Assembly: GCA_963797095.1 (NCBI GenBank)
Contig: CAWCNY010000006.1
Coordinates: 768,001-832,000, forward strand
Length of the DNA stretch: 64,000 nt
Direction: 5' to 3'
DNA from: an uncultured Chloroflexia bacterium
GTDB taxonomy: Bacteria; Chloroflexota; Chloroflexia; QHBQ01; JADMIH01
Shown here: positions 9,433-19,081 of the stretch, piece after piece
Position numbering within the stretch: position 1 is the first letter of the stretch
Layout of the letters: the number at the start of each line of letters is the position of its first letter
Made by a program: the position numbers and the translations under genes
The notes under the pieces: generated by a model
The model's input: only the letters and a program-made list of their open reading frames with translations
Told to the model about the DNA's origin: nothing
The model's database searches: none

Positions 9433-12171
9433 ATGTCCGAAATCGAGGTCAAAAAGATCAAGGTGCTCACAGGCCCCAACATCTGGGCTTACAGGCCGGT
9501 GTTGGAGGTGCTCGCCCAGATCGGCAAGTACGAGGAACTCCCTTCCAATAAGATCGACGGCTTCACCGACCGCCTGGTGGCCCTCATCCCCACTCTCTGG
9601 GAGCATCGCTGTTCCGAGGGGAGGCCCGGCGGCTTCCTTGAGCGCCTCCGCGTCGGCACCTACATGGGCCACATCATCGAGCACATAATCCTTGAGCTAC
9701 AATCGCTGGCCGGGCTGGATGTGGGTTTCGGGCGCACCAGGGGCACCGAGCGCTACGGCGAGTATCGTATCGTGGTCGATTACAAAGACGAAGAATCGGG
9801 CAAGATGTGCGTCTACCTCGCCGTCGAGCTAGCCGCGAAACTGGCCGAAAGCATCCCTATCGATTTCAACCTCGCTGACAAGATCGCCGAGATCCGCGAA
9901 GTCTCCGAGGATAACGTGCTCGGCCCATCCACCCAGGCCATAGTAGATGCTGCCCGGCGTCGGCGCATCCCCTGGTTCCGCCTCAGCACAGGCTCGCTTG
10001 TGCAATTGGGCATGGGCAAGCTGGCCCGACGGATCCAGGCCAGTGAGACCTCCAACACCTCCAACATCGGGGTCGAAATCGCCTCCGACAAAGACCTCAC
10101 CAAAGAGCTACTCGACAAGGTGGGCGTACCCGTGCCCCACGGCTCGGTAGTGCGCAGCGCCGACGAAGCATGGGACGTTGCCCAGGACCTGGGGAGGCCC
10201 GTCGTGCTCAAGCCCTACGACGGCAACCAGGGCAAGGCAGTGAGCGTCAACCTCACCACAGAGGAGCAGGTACGCACAGCTTTCAACCTCGCCGGCGAGT
10301 TTTCGCGCAGAGTGATCGTAGAGCAGTATCTGCCCGGGAAGGATTTCCGCCTCCTCGTAGTCGGCGGCAAATTGGTGGCTGCAGCCGAGCGCAAGCCCGC
10401 GCAGGTGGTGGCCGATGGACAGCACGACATAAATAATCTCGTCCGGATGCTGAACGAAGACCCCCGCAGGGGAGCGGGCCACGGCTCTGTCCTCACCCGC
10501 ATCAGAATGGACGCCGCAGCCGAGCTAACCCTCAGCAAGCAAGGCTACACCTGGGAATCGGTGCCCTCCGCCGGTACGGTCGTCTTCCTGCGCGACAATT
10601 CCAACCTCTCCACCGGCGGCACCGCCACCGACGTTACCGACCTCGTACACCACGACAATGCCGCCATCGCGGTGCTCGCCGCCCAGACCATCGGCCTGGA
10701 TGTGGCTGGTGTCGACGTGGTTTGCGAGAATATCAAGCGCCCCCTTGCCGAGCAGGGCGGTGGCATTGTTGAGGTCAATGCGGCCCCCGGCTTGCGCATG
10801 CACGTCTACCCCTCCGAGGGAAAGTCGCGCCCTGTGGGCGACGCCATAATCGACCTCCTCTTCCCAGACAAAACTGATGCTCGCATCCCGATCATCGCGG
10901 TTACGGGCACCAACGGCAAGACCACCACCACCCGCATGATCGCCCACATCTACTCGACCATGAAGAACTACGTAGGCATGACCACCACCGACGGCATCTA
11001 CTTCGACGGCATCAGGCGTGTGAAAGGCGACTGCGCCGGGCCCCGTTCAGCCGAGGCTGTGCTCCAACACCCGATGGTGGAGGTGGCCGTTCTGGAAACC
11101 GCCAGAGGTGGTATCCTCCGCTCAGGTCTAGCATTCGACAAATGCACAGTGGGCGTGGTGCTCAACGTGGCCGCCGACCACCTCGGCCTCGAAGGGATCG
11201 AGACCCCCGAACGGCTGGCCCGCGTCAAGCGCGTGGTGATCGAGAGCGTTTCCGACAAGGGCTACGGCGTGCTCAACGCCGATGACCCCCTTACGGTCGA
11301 TATGGCCGAGGACTGCACAGGTGAGGTCATCTTCTTCGGAATGAACCGCTCCTCGCGCCCCCTGGCTCTCCATCTCGCGGGTGGCGGCAGGGCGGCCTTC
11401 TACCGCAACGGCGATCTGGTCCTCGCCGAAGGCTCCCATGAGGATGTGCTGGTGCGAGCCGCCGACATCCCCGCGACCTACAACGACCTCATCCCCTTTC
11501 AGGTCAGCAACGCCCTCGCAGCAGCTGCCGCGTGCTGGGGCGCGGGGGTGCCCCTCGACGCCATCAGCCTGGGCCTTCGCACCTTCCAGACCGACGAGAA
11601 CAGTGCCCCCGGCAGGTTCAACATGTTCCCCTACGGGCAGGCAACAGTGATCGTGGACTACGGCCACAACCCCCACGCTATGCGCGCCATCCAGACCGCC
11701 CTCTCAGCCATGAAGCCCAAGCGCAAAATAGGCGTGATCGCCGCCCCCGGCGACCGCCGCGATGTCGATATCCAGGAGTTTGCGGTGGTGGCCGCCAACA
11801 CATTCGACCGCATCATCGTGCGCGAGGATTACGCTCTGCGGGGTCGCGACCGGGGCGAAATCGCCAACCTGATAGCCGAAACCATCCAGAGGACCAGGCC
11901 TTCACTTCCTTTGACCGTAATACTCGATGAGCACGAAGCGGTTCAAGAGGCCCTGGGCATGGCCCGCCCAGGTGACACGCTCGTACTCTTAATAGACAGC
12001 GTGGACGACGTGATAGAGCAGGTGAAGCAGGCGGGCAAAGCGGTCGAGATGGAGGAGAGCGAAGCCCTGTGGTGCCCTGTCCCCGAACTGCCCTCCACCA
12101 ACGGCCAGCGCCCCAAAGCCCTGGTAGCCGAAGGCGCGATCCACGACGGAGAGCCTGATGGACACAGCTAG
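9433..12171 (+). CDS. cphA: cyanophycin synthetase
   Basis: N-terminal GPNIW and HRCSEGRPGGFLERLRVGTYMGHIIEH; ATP-grasp region (VLKPYDGNQGK, NLSTGG, EVNAAPGLRMH); Mur-ligase region (VTGTNGKTTTTR, LETARGG, DYGHN). Confidence 0.95.
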   Translation: MSEIEVKKIKVLTGPNIWAYRPVLEVLAQIGKYEELPSNKIDGFTDRLVALIPTLWEHRCSEGRPGGFLERLRVGTYMGHIIEHIILELQSLAGLDVGFGRTRGTERYGEYRIVVDYKDEESGKMCVYLAVELAAKLAESIPIDFNLADKIAEIREVSEDNVLGPSTQAIVDAARRRRIPWFRLSTGSLVQLGMGKLARRIQASETSNTSNIGVEIASDKDLTKELLDKVGVPVPHGSVVRSADEAWDVAQDLGRPVVLKPYDGNQGKAVSVNLTTEEQVRTAFNLAGEFSRRVIVEQYLPGKDFRLLVVGGKLVAAAERKPAQVVADGQHDINNLVRMLNEDPRRGAGHGSVLTRIRMDAAAELTLSKQGYTWESVPSAGTVVFLRDNSNLSTGGTATDVTDLVHHDNAAIAVLAAQTIGLDVAGVDVVCENIKRPLAEQGGGIVEVNAAPGLRMHVYPSEGKSRPVGDAIIDLLFPDKTDARIPIIAVTGTNGKTTTTRMIAHIYSTMKNYVGMTTTDGIYFDGIRRVKGDCAGPRSAEAVLQHPMVEVAVLETARGGILRSGLAFDKCTVGVVLNVAADHLGLEGIETPERLARVKRVVIESVSDKGYGVLNADDPLTVDMAEDCTGEVIFFGMNRSSRPLALHLAGGGRAAFYRNGDLVLAEGSHEDVLVRAADIPATYNDLIPFQVSNALAAAAACWGAGVPLDAISLGLRTFQTDENSAPGRFNMFPYGQATVIVDYGHNPHAMRAIQTALSAMKPKRKIGVIAAPGDRRDVDIQEFAVVAANTFDRIIVREDYALRGRDRGEIANLIAETIQRTRPSLPLTVILDEHEAVQEALGMARPGDTLVLLIDSVDDVIEQVKQAGKAVEMEESEALWCPVPELPSTNGQRPKALVAEGAIHDGEPDGHS

Positions 12172-12202
12172 TAGTTGGTAGTCAGAATTAGGAGCACTCG
12201 TC

Positions 12203-12244
12203 CGACTACCGACTACCGACTACCGACTACCGACTACCGACTAC
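12203..12244 (+). repeat. heptamer tandem repeat (CGACTAC)x6 with inverted partial arm at 12172-12186
   Basis: Directly visible between the cphA stop and the cphB start. Confidence 0.95.
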
Positions 12245-12255
12245 CAGAGAAAACC

Positions 12256-13215
12256 TTGTCACAAGATAACGGAAACACACCACACATACGATTGAAAGCC
12301 ACCCAGGATGGGCAACTGGCGGATGCCCCCTGGCGCACTCCAGGCTACCTCATGATCATCGGCGGGGCCGACAAACTCGATCCTGAGGCCCGCCTTGCCC
12401 GCCTTTTCCTGCAACTGGTTGACCGCGCCGAAGCCCACACCAGCCTGCGCGACATCATACTGATCAGCACCGCCACCCGCCACCCCGAAATCCTCACAGG
12501 CGACTACATCAATATCTACACCCGCATAGGCGTGCCCCGCTCCCGCATCCAAACTCCCCTCATTCGCAACCGCGACGAGGCAATGGATGTTCACAACGCC
12601 GACCTCGTTCGCAATGCGGCGGGCATCTTCATAACAGGCGGCGACCAGTACGCGCTCACCCAGGCCCTCGATCGCACCCCCGTAGAGGAAGCTATCCGCG
12701 ATGCCTACGGCAAAGGCGCTATCGTCGCGGGCACCAGCGCGGGAGCGACCGCCATGGGCAGGCCGATGATCGTAGCGGGCGGCAGCAGCGGTGAGCTTCG
12801 CAAGGGCATGGTGCAACTCTCTCACGGCCTCGCCTGGGCGGGCGACGACCTGATCCTCGATACCCATTTTGGGGCACGTGGCCGCTTCCCGCGTCTTGCC
12901 TCCGTGGTGGCCGAGCATCCCCACGCCCTTGGCGTCGGCATCGACGAGAATACCTGCTTGCTGGTTGATCACGAAGGCCGTGCCCTCGTGATCGGCGCTG
13001 GCGTAGCCTATTTCGTGGACGCTTCGCACGCCGCTATGAATACTGCACAGCGCGTGCGCACAGGCCAGCCGGTCTCTATCGGCGCTCTCAGCGTACACAT
13101 CCTCGCATCGGGACAGGAGTACGATTTGCACTCCCGCCAACTCCTCTCCCACATTCCCGCGACCGCCCACCCCGGCGCTACAGCCGCCATCACAGCCCCC
13201 AACAAGAACGCATAG
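12256..13215 (+). CDS. cphB: cyanophycinase (peptidase S51)
   Basis: Motifs LMIIGGA, GIFITGGDQ, GTSAGA (catalytic Ser), DTHFGARGR and GIDENT; adjacent to cphA. Start uncertain (TTG 12256). Confidence 0.9.
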   Translation: MSQDNGNTPHIRLKATQDGQLADAPWRTPGYLMIIGGADKLDPEARLARLFLQLVDRAEAHTSLRDIILISTATRHPEILTGDYINIYTRIGVPRSRIQTPLIRNRDEAMDVHNADLVRNAAGIFITGGDQYALTQALDRTPVEEAIRDAYGKGAIVAGTSAGATAMGRPMIVAGGSSGELRKGMVQLSHGLAWAGDDLILDTHFGARGRFPRLASVVAEHPHALGVGIDENTCLLVDHEGRALVIGAGVAYFVDASHAAMNTAQRVRTGQPVSIGALSVHILASGQEYDLHSRQLLSHIPATAHPGATAAITAPNKNA

Positions 13216-13444
13216 CGAGCAGTCTTCAAATTCACACTGGCTGGGCGAAGGCTTCAGCTATTTCAGGTTCTAGTCTCCCTTATATCCCACCTGTATATCC
13301 CAATTGTATATCTCGTTGTATACGGGGCACCTCTTGTATGCGCATTGTGGTGCCTGTATACTGACTCCAGTGTGCGCCAGACAGGTTCGAGGAGATGGCC
13401 GCGCACCAACATCAAAATCCGACACTGGAGAAAGGAGTAAAACC

Positions 13445-14674
13445 ATGAGAAAAGGACGCTTCTTGATGGCCCTGAGCGTTGGCATCCTTGCACTCGGTAT
13501 GATGCCCGCAAGCATCGGCCTCGCCGCCGATTTGGGCACTGTAGTTGCCACCGGTCTCAACGGGCCGCGCGGCCTCAGCATGGGGTCTGATGGCAACCTG
13601 TACGTGGCCGAGGCAGGCACCGGCGGCGACCAGACAGTCACATTTGGCGAAGAAACCGGCAAGGTGGGCAACACCGGCCAGATCACCAGGATCGCTCCCG
13701 ACGGCACCAAGACCGCTGTAGTCACGGGCATGCTCTCCCTCGTATCAGAAGAGGGCGAGGCAATAGGTCCACAGGGCGTGATCTACGCGAATGGCACGCT
13801 CTGGATAACAGGCGCCTACATAGGTGACGCTGGCCCCGCGTTCGGCCTGATGAAGGCCGATCCTGCTACGGGCGTAGTGACCCCGGTAGCTGACCTCAGC
13901 GCCTACGAAGCAGCCAACAACCCCGATGGTTTTATCGTAGATTTCGATCCCTACGGGCTGGCTCTCGGCACCGACGGCATGATCTATGTCGCGGATGCCG
14001 CCGCTAATGACCTGCTTAAAGTAGATCCCGCCAGTGGCGAAGTGAGCCTGGTTACCGTCTTTGCAGGTATCCCCCTCCCCGACGTTCCCGATACAGCCAA
14101 CCCTGACCGTGGCGGCGCGCACGAAGCCGACCCTGTTCCCACAGGCGTTTCAATTGCCGAGGACGGCCACATCTTCGTGGGCCTCCTCACCGGCTTCCCT
14201 TTCCTCGAAGGCACTGCTAAGGTCGAGCACGTTACCCAGGATGGCACCATCAGCGATGCGGTTATCGGCCTCACGATGGTCACCGACGTGGCAGTAGGTC
14301 CAGGCGACGTTATATATGCAAGCGAGTTCGATAGATTCGACCTCTCAACCACTCCTCCAGGCTTCGTTGACAACAGCGGGCGCGTGGTGCGCAATATGCC
14401 TGACGGCACGACCGATGTTATCGCTGATGGGCTGAACCAGGCCAACGGCATAGCTCTCGATGCGAGCGGCGACAACATCTATGTGGTCATCAACAGCGAC
14501 GCGCCCGCAGGAACGGGCCAGGTCCTCAAGTTCAGCACAGCCGGCGCGCCCACTACGATAGGCATGCCGGTCACAGGCGTTCCTTCATTCCCGTTTGAGG
14601 CTTTCCTCGCGGCGCTCCTGCTGGTAGTGACCGGCGCGGTCCTGCGCACATTGCAGACCCGCCACTCCAGGTAA
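13445..14674 (+). CDS. secreted ScyD/ScyE-family beta-propeller protein with C-terminal MPVTG-TM sorting signal
   Basis: Signal peptide; GLNGPRGL, LYVAEAG, YVADAAAN, DPVPTG and LTGFPF motifs; RBS AAGGAG. Confidence 0.8.
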   Translation: MRKGRFLMALSVGILALGMMPASIGLAADLGTVVATGLNGPRGLSMGSDGNLYVAEAGTGGDQTVTFGEETGKVGNTGQITRIAPDGTKTAVVTGMLSLVSEEGEAIGPQGVIYANGTLWITGAYIGDAGPAFGLMKADPATGVVTPVADLSAYEAANNPDGFIVDFDPYGLALGTDGMIYVADAAANDLLKVDPASGEVSLVTVFAGIPLPDVPDTANPDRGGAHEADPVPTGVSIAEDGHIFVGLLTGFPFLEGTAKVEHVTQDGTISDAVIGLTMVTDVAVGPGDVIYASEFDRFDLSTTPPGFVDNSGRVVRNMPDGTTDVIADGLNQANGIALDASGDNIYVVINSDAPAGTGQVLKFSTAGAPTTIGMPVTGVPSFPFEAFLAALLLVVTGAVLRTLQTRHSR

Positions 14675-14687
14675 ATCCCTCTCCTTC

Positions 14688-14732
14688 TGAAAAAGCCAAA
14701 ATGGCGGCCCAGCCGCCATTTTGGCTTTTTCA
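14688..14732. repeat. palindromic repeat (AAAATGGCGGC-n-GCCGCCATTTT family), copy 1; may act as a terminator
   Basis: 21-bp perfect stem followed by a T-tract; related copies at 18883 and 51692. Confidence 0.8.
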
Positions 14733-14795
14733 CAATCCTTTTCTAATCTTGCTCCCCTCCCATCAATCAAGTATAATTATTAATACTCCACATGA

Positions 14796-14868
14796 GCGCC
14801 TGTAGCTCAGAGGATAGAGCAGAGGTTTCCTAAACCTTGTGTCGGGGGTTCGACTCCCTCCAGGCGCA
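14796..14868 (+). tRNA. tRNA-Arg (anticodon CCT); CCA not encoded
   Basis: Acceptor stem GCGCCTG/CAGGCGC, D arm GCTCAGAGGATAGAGC, anticodon loop TTCCTAA, T loop GGTTCGACTCC. Confidence 0.95.
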
Positions 14869-14992
14869 CTGCACAGGACTGAGGTATGAGCACTGAGCAC
14901 TGAGTGGGCGCACCAACGTGGATACATATATTGATGCCCGCCTGCCGCTTGGCCTCTACCCCCGTCCTGATTTTATTTATGGAGGCATAGCG

Positions 14993-15649
14993 ATGACAAT
15001 GGACGTGACCATCAGGCCCAAGAACTTCAGACTTTCTGATTCCCAGGAGACCCAGATTCGCAAGCGGGTAGAGCGCCTGCCCCGTCACCTGGACAACCTC
15101 GAACAGGGCGAAGTTCTCCTCTCGATGGAGCCGACACACTACAATTCGCAACGGCACCAGTTCGTGGCTCAAATTACCCTTCGCACTCGCAACCACAATC
15201 TCATCAGGTCCGAAGTAACTCACGCCGACCTCCTTACCGCCGTTGACGACGCCATAAGCCGCGTTTCAAGGCAGATCGAGCGCTTCAAGGGGCGCTATTA
15301 TCAGAAGAAGAAGGGCAAGCTGGGTATAGGCAAGTCCTCTGCCGACCTCGTAACTCTGAACACCGTCCCGGCCAATTCAGGCCCGTCTCCCTCTACGGTA
15401 GATACCACCATACTCGCGAATGAAGACGTAAACCTCACCACCGGGCCTCTCTCTGATGAGGAGGTGGGTGATATCGTGCGTATCAAACACTTCGCGCTCA
15501 AGCCAATGTTCCCCGACGAGGCTATTGAGCAGATGGAATTGCTTGGGCATAGCTTCTACGTCTTCTATAACGCCGGCGAGGACAGCCTGAACGTGCTCTA
15601 CCGCCGCACCGATGGCAACTACGGCCTGCTACAGCCTGAGTTGAGCTAG
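14993..15649 (+). CDS. hpf: long-form ribosome hibernation promoting factor (HPF/RaiA family)
   Basis: N-terminal HPF domain (QIERFKGR) plus C-terminal KPMFPDEAIEQMELLGHSFYVF...LYRRTDGNYGLL; RBS GGAGG. Confidence 0.92.
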   Translation: MTMDVTIRPKNFRLSDSQETQIRKRVERLPRHLDNLEQGEVLLSMEPTHYNSQRHQFVAQITLRTRNHNLIRSEVTHADLLTAVDDAISRVSRQIERFKGRYYQKKKGKLGIGKSSADLVTLNTVPANSGPSPSTVDTTILANEDVNLTTGPLSDEEVGDIVRIKHFALKPMFPDEAIEQMELLGHSFYVFYNAGEDSLNVLYRRTDGNYGLLQPELS

Positions 15650-15653
15650 CCTA

Positions 15654-16835
15654 ATGCACCCTACCCTTGTGGTATTCCAGGGTGGGGTTTGCGCCTCCGA
15701 CACTCCGCTGGAGCGACTGGTGGCCGAGGGGCAGAACGCCGCCGCGCTCGACCTGTTGGTCAACGCTGCGCAAGCTGGCGTATTCGACCGGGCCATCCTG
15801 GTCACCGAGGATCGCGATCTCGCTGGCGCTGCCGCGCGTCTCCCCCTGGCTGACCTCCCTCTCCACATAGAGCCTGCCGCAAAATCCGAAACCGCCGGGT
15901 TTCGCCTGGGTGAGAACCTTCTGCGAGTGTGCCGCGACTATAAACTGGAGCGCGTGGTCTATGTCGGGGGTGGCGCGATGCCTCTCGGCACACCGGAAGC
16001 GCTGGCCGACCTCGCCCTTTCGGTGAGCGGCGCAGGCGAGTGCGTCGTCTCCAACAACCTATTCTCAGCCGATCTGGCGGCGTTCTACCCTGCCTCCGCC
16101 CTTGAGCGCATCGCCCTTCCCAAAAGCGATAACGACCTGGCCTGGCTGCTACACTATCGCGCCGGGTTGCCCCACGCCCCCACCGTTAAAAGCCTTGCTA
16201 CCCACTTCGACATCGACACACCCACCGATCTCGTTACCCTCTGGTGTTCCACTTTGAGCGCTCCGCTCGACCGCTCTTCTGGTCCCCACCTTGCCGCCTT
16301 CCTGAAGCGAGTGCCCCAGGAATTGCCTGCGCTGGCCGCTGCCACGCAACGCGCCTACTCAGTGATGGCGACCCGGCGCGCCCAGGTCTTCGTGGCCGGG
16401 CGGGTCAGTAGCTGGACCTGGCGGCGCATGGAGATAAACCTCCCCTGCCAGACGCGCATTCTCTCAGAGGAACGCGGTATGAGTGCATCAGGTCGCGAGT
16501 TGCGAGGCGAATCGCGCTCGCTACTCGGCCTCTTCACCGCGCTGGCCGGTATCGGTGGGCTTATCGATGCGCTCCAAACCACCTCTGATGCCACCTTTCT
16601 CGACACGCGCATCTTATTCGCGCACATGGGCCTGAAACTAGCACGCCACGAGCGATTCGCTTCAGATGCCTTGATGCTTTCCCAAATGGCCGGGGGTTGG
16701 GCGCGTGACTTGACCGAGGCTGTACTTGCAGCGAACATTCCCGTGGTCCTGGGCGGCCACTCCCTCATCGCAGGCGGACTCTGGGCCTTATCCGAGCGTG
16801 TGCGTGGATCGGCCTCGTCCGCCGCAAGGTGCTAG
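15654..16835 (+). CDS. uncharacterised protein with CofC/nucleotidyltransferase-like (GT-A) features
   Basis: Long ORF 4 nt after hpf; FDIDTPTDL motif resembles the CofC/MobA-like D-D-T-P-x-D-L end motif. Confidence 0.55.
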   Translation: MHPTLVVFQGGVCASDTPLERLVAEGQNAAALDLLVNAAQAGVFDRAILVTEDRDLAGAAARLPLADLPLHIEPAAKSETAGFRLGENLLRVCRDYKLERVVYVGGGAMPLGTPEALADLALSVSGAGECVVSNNLFSADLAAFYPASALERIALPKSDNDLAWLLHYRAGLPHAPTVKSLATHFDIDTPTDLVTLWCSTLSAPLDRSSGPHLAAFLKRVPQELPALAAATQRAYSVMATRRAQVFVAGRVSSWTWRRMEINLPCQTRILSEERGMSASGRELRGESRSLLGLFTALAGIGGLIDALQTTSDATFLDTRILFAHMGLKLARHERFASDALMLSQMAGGWARDLTEAVLAANIPVVLGGHSLIAGGLWALSERVRGSASSAARC

Positions 16836-17199
16836 CTTGCGGCCCCTCCACTTAGCGACCCGGCGCGCCAACATTCGTGACGCCAAGAGCGAAGTAGCCA
16901 GACCTCTGAATAGACCGTCTGAGCGACTTATACCGGTGCTTGTCAGCTTTGACGTACGAGTGGAGGCTAGACTTACAGATGTTGAGGGGCGAAAATATGA
17001 ATATGTTCGCCACCGATCTGCTCTTGAATGGAAACCTGGGCTTGGCCCGCCTACATAGGGACAGAGCTTCAAAACTCAGGTGAGGATAGAACGCACCCCT
17101 TGCTCGTGGGAGAGGACCTCGAGTGCTGTCTTGATAGGTAAAGGCACAGACAACCCGGGCATAGAGAGCGGCACAATTCCTCTGCGAACCCGCTACGTA

Positions 17200-18528
17200 T
17201 TAACTGTCCGGAGCGACCCAGCCCTCTATCCATTGGGCGATATCCTTCACAACTTCGGGTGCTACGTGCCCAGGCACGTTGTAGTCCTCCGGTTTACCTT
17301 CGCCCGGCATAAAGGTGTGGATGAGACCCGGGTAGAGCTTGAATGTGACGTCAGGCCGCTCTATAAGCTCGGCTTTCCATCCTCGATAGTCCACCATGGT
17401 CACCTGGTAATCTCGCTCGGCTTGCAGCACCAGCATTGGCATGTGCAGTCGCCGGGCTGTCTCAGGTGGGTTATATCCTCGTAAGTCGAGCCAGTAAGAG
17501 GCCGGAATGCCTAGCAATTGGTCGGAAGGCGTGCTGAGCGAGAGGGCGGGGTCTTTGACGTGAGCGATCTGCTCCCGCAGAGTATCCAACTGTCTCTGCT
17601 GATCCTCTGAGACAGATCCGGATAACGAGAAGAGATAGGTGAACTGGTCGAGCATCGTATCCTCGAACGGACGGGTGAGCCCCGCCATGATTACCAACCC
17701 CGCGATCTGAGGGTCGGCCTCACCGATGCGAGGAGCTAGCATGGCGCCCAGACTGTGGCCCAGCACGAAGATGCGGGCAGGATCAATAGCGGGTGTGGCG
17801 CGCAGCAGGGCAACCGCTGCCAACGCATCGTCTGTCACCTCTTCGCGTATGGTGTAATGCGGTAGGGCGAGAAACTGGTTGGGATACACCTTGGTGCGCT
17901 TATCATAACGAAGAACCGCAATGTCCCTGGAAGCCAGGCCCCAAGCCAGGTCGCGGAAAGGCTTGAGGGGACCGATGGTCTCGTCGCGATCCTGCGGGCC
18001 GGAGCCCTGTACAAGCACCACTGCAGGGAACAGCCCTTGCCCCTCCGGTATGGTTAGCGTGCTCGGCAGCACCCATTCGCCCGAGCCCACCTGCGCTTCG
18101 TGCTCGTGGAACGATCCGGGCTGCACATAAGAGGGTGCCTCGTATGTCCCGGGCGTGAGCAGGCTCTCATCTGGGTGGGCCTCTAACCAGACGACCTGCC
18201 CTGCGTCGTCGAAGATAATTTGGAATGTGACATTCCCGCGCTCGAAAACGGCCATCGTTATGACCGTCTCGTATTGCAGGAGTTTGGCCTGCTTGGAGCT
18301 TTCTATGCGCTGGAACGCGCCTGCCTGGGCAGTCAGGCCAGCCCACGTCTGGGCGAGTTTGTCTGGCGGGAGTTGTTCTCGCAGGCCCTCAGCAAATGGG
18401 TGGGTGGCAGACTTAAAGTCGCCTGCAGAGGTCTGTATGATGATCCCTTCGGCTACTTCGACCAGAGTTGATCGGCGACCCGGCTCCTGGGGTGTCGGCG
18501 AGGTCTGTTTGTTATCAGAAGCGGACAT
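17200..18528 (-). CDS. alpha/beta hydrolase with N-terminal DUF3887-like domain
   Basis: Motifs VQGSGPQDRDE, LRYDKR, GHSLG (nucleophile), DYQV and LIHTF. Confidence 0.85.
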   Translation of the reverse strand: MSASDNKQTSPTPQEPGRRSTLVEVAEGIIIQTSAGDFKSATHPFAEGLREQLPPDKLAQTWAGLTAQAGAFQRIESSKQAKLLQYETVITMAVFERGNVTFQIIFDDAGQVVWLEAHPDESLLTPGTYEAPSYVQPGSFHEHEAQVGSGEWVLPSTLTIPEGQGLFPAVVLVQGSGPQDRDETIGPLKPFRDLAWGLASRDIAVLRYDKRTKVYPNQFLALPHYTIREEVTDDALAAVALLRATPAIDPARIFVLGHSLGAMLAPRIGEADPQIAGLVIMAGLTRPFEDTMLDQFTYLFSLSGSVSEDQQRQLDTLREQIAHVKDPALSLSTPSDQLLGIPASYWLDLRGYNPPETARRLHMPMLVLQAERDYQVTMVDYRGWKAELIERPDVTFKLYPGLIHTFMPGEGKPEDYNVPGHVAPEVVKDIAQWIEGWVAPDS

Positions 18529-18689
18529 TATGCTTTCTCTCTTTCTGTCGGGCTATGCCTTCCTTGCGGCTGGATCATGTGGGTTAGGCGATGCCGCGCA
18601 GCATGGAACGTCAGAGCATCTCCCGATGCCTATCTCTCAATATAACACAGGGCACGCGCAGACCATAAACTTCACCCTCCCGACAGGTC

Positions 18690-18882
18690 TAGAAGCATCG
18701 CCTATAGATAAAGGCTCCCCCGATTGCGGCAACCGTTCGTAGTCTTTGCTCAGCCGACGATTGCGGTTCAGCCATGCGAAAGTGCGTTCCACAACCCATC
18801 GTCGGGGTAGCGCCACAAAGCCTTTTTGCCTTTCCGTCTTCTCTACTATCTCCAACTGCCACCGCAGCGCAGGCTTCACCCA
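18690..18882 (-). pseudogene. IS5-family transposase C-terminal remnant
   Basis: [30 protein letters not shown] signature; N-terminus absent and a frameshift near 18715. Confidence 0.85.
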
Positions 18883-18935
18883 TTCTAAAACAGGCAAAAA
18901 TGGCGGCGCAGCCGCCATTTTTGCCTGTTTTAGAA
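18883..18935. repeat. palindromic repeat, copy 2
   Basis: TTCTAAAACAGGCAAAAATGGCGGC-GCA-GCCGCCATTTTTGCCTGTTTTAGAA, a 25-bp perfect stem. Confidence 0.85.
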
Positions 18936-19033
18936 AGCCCCAATATTTAGGGAGGGTTGGGGTTTTGGAGCATCCTGATGCCGTTTTGTACCAATTTCAA
19001 ACATCGGGATGCTCACGAACATGAGCAAAGGCG

Positions 19034-19081
19034 TTATTTCTTCTTGCCGCCTTTCTTGCCGTCCTTCTTCTTTGCTCGCAT
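19034..19081 (-). CDS. putative 15-aa lysine-rich peptide MRAKKKDGKKGGKKK
   Basis: Perfect AAGGAGGTGA Shine-Dalgarno just upstream of ATG, TAA stop and a downstream hairpin at 18968-19015. Confidence 0.5.
   Translation of the reverse strand: MRAKKKDGKKGGKKK

Noticed and set aside
12175-12255. N-terminal PTTDYRL repeats of cyanophycinase
   Set aside because: These are the translation of the intergenic heptamer array, not a protein feature.
13445-14674. Scytonemin biosynthesis cluster
   Set aside because: Only a lone ScyD/ScyE-like propeller is present, with no scyABC-like genes.
14796-14868. tRNA-Arg as an integration site for an island or prophage
   Set aside because: No integrase nearby and no duplicated tRNA 3' end found in the window.
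16836-17199. 365-bp gap considered as tmRNA, RNase P RNA, SRP or 6S RNA
   Set aside because: No recognisable conserved termini or motifs; may be a decayed ORF. An Rfam scan would be decisive.
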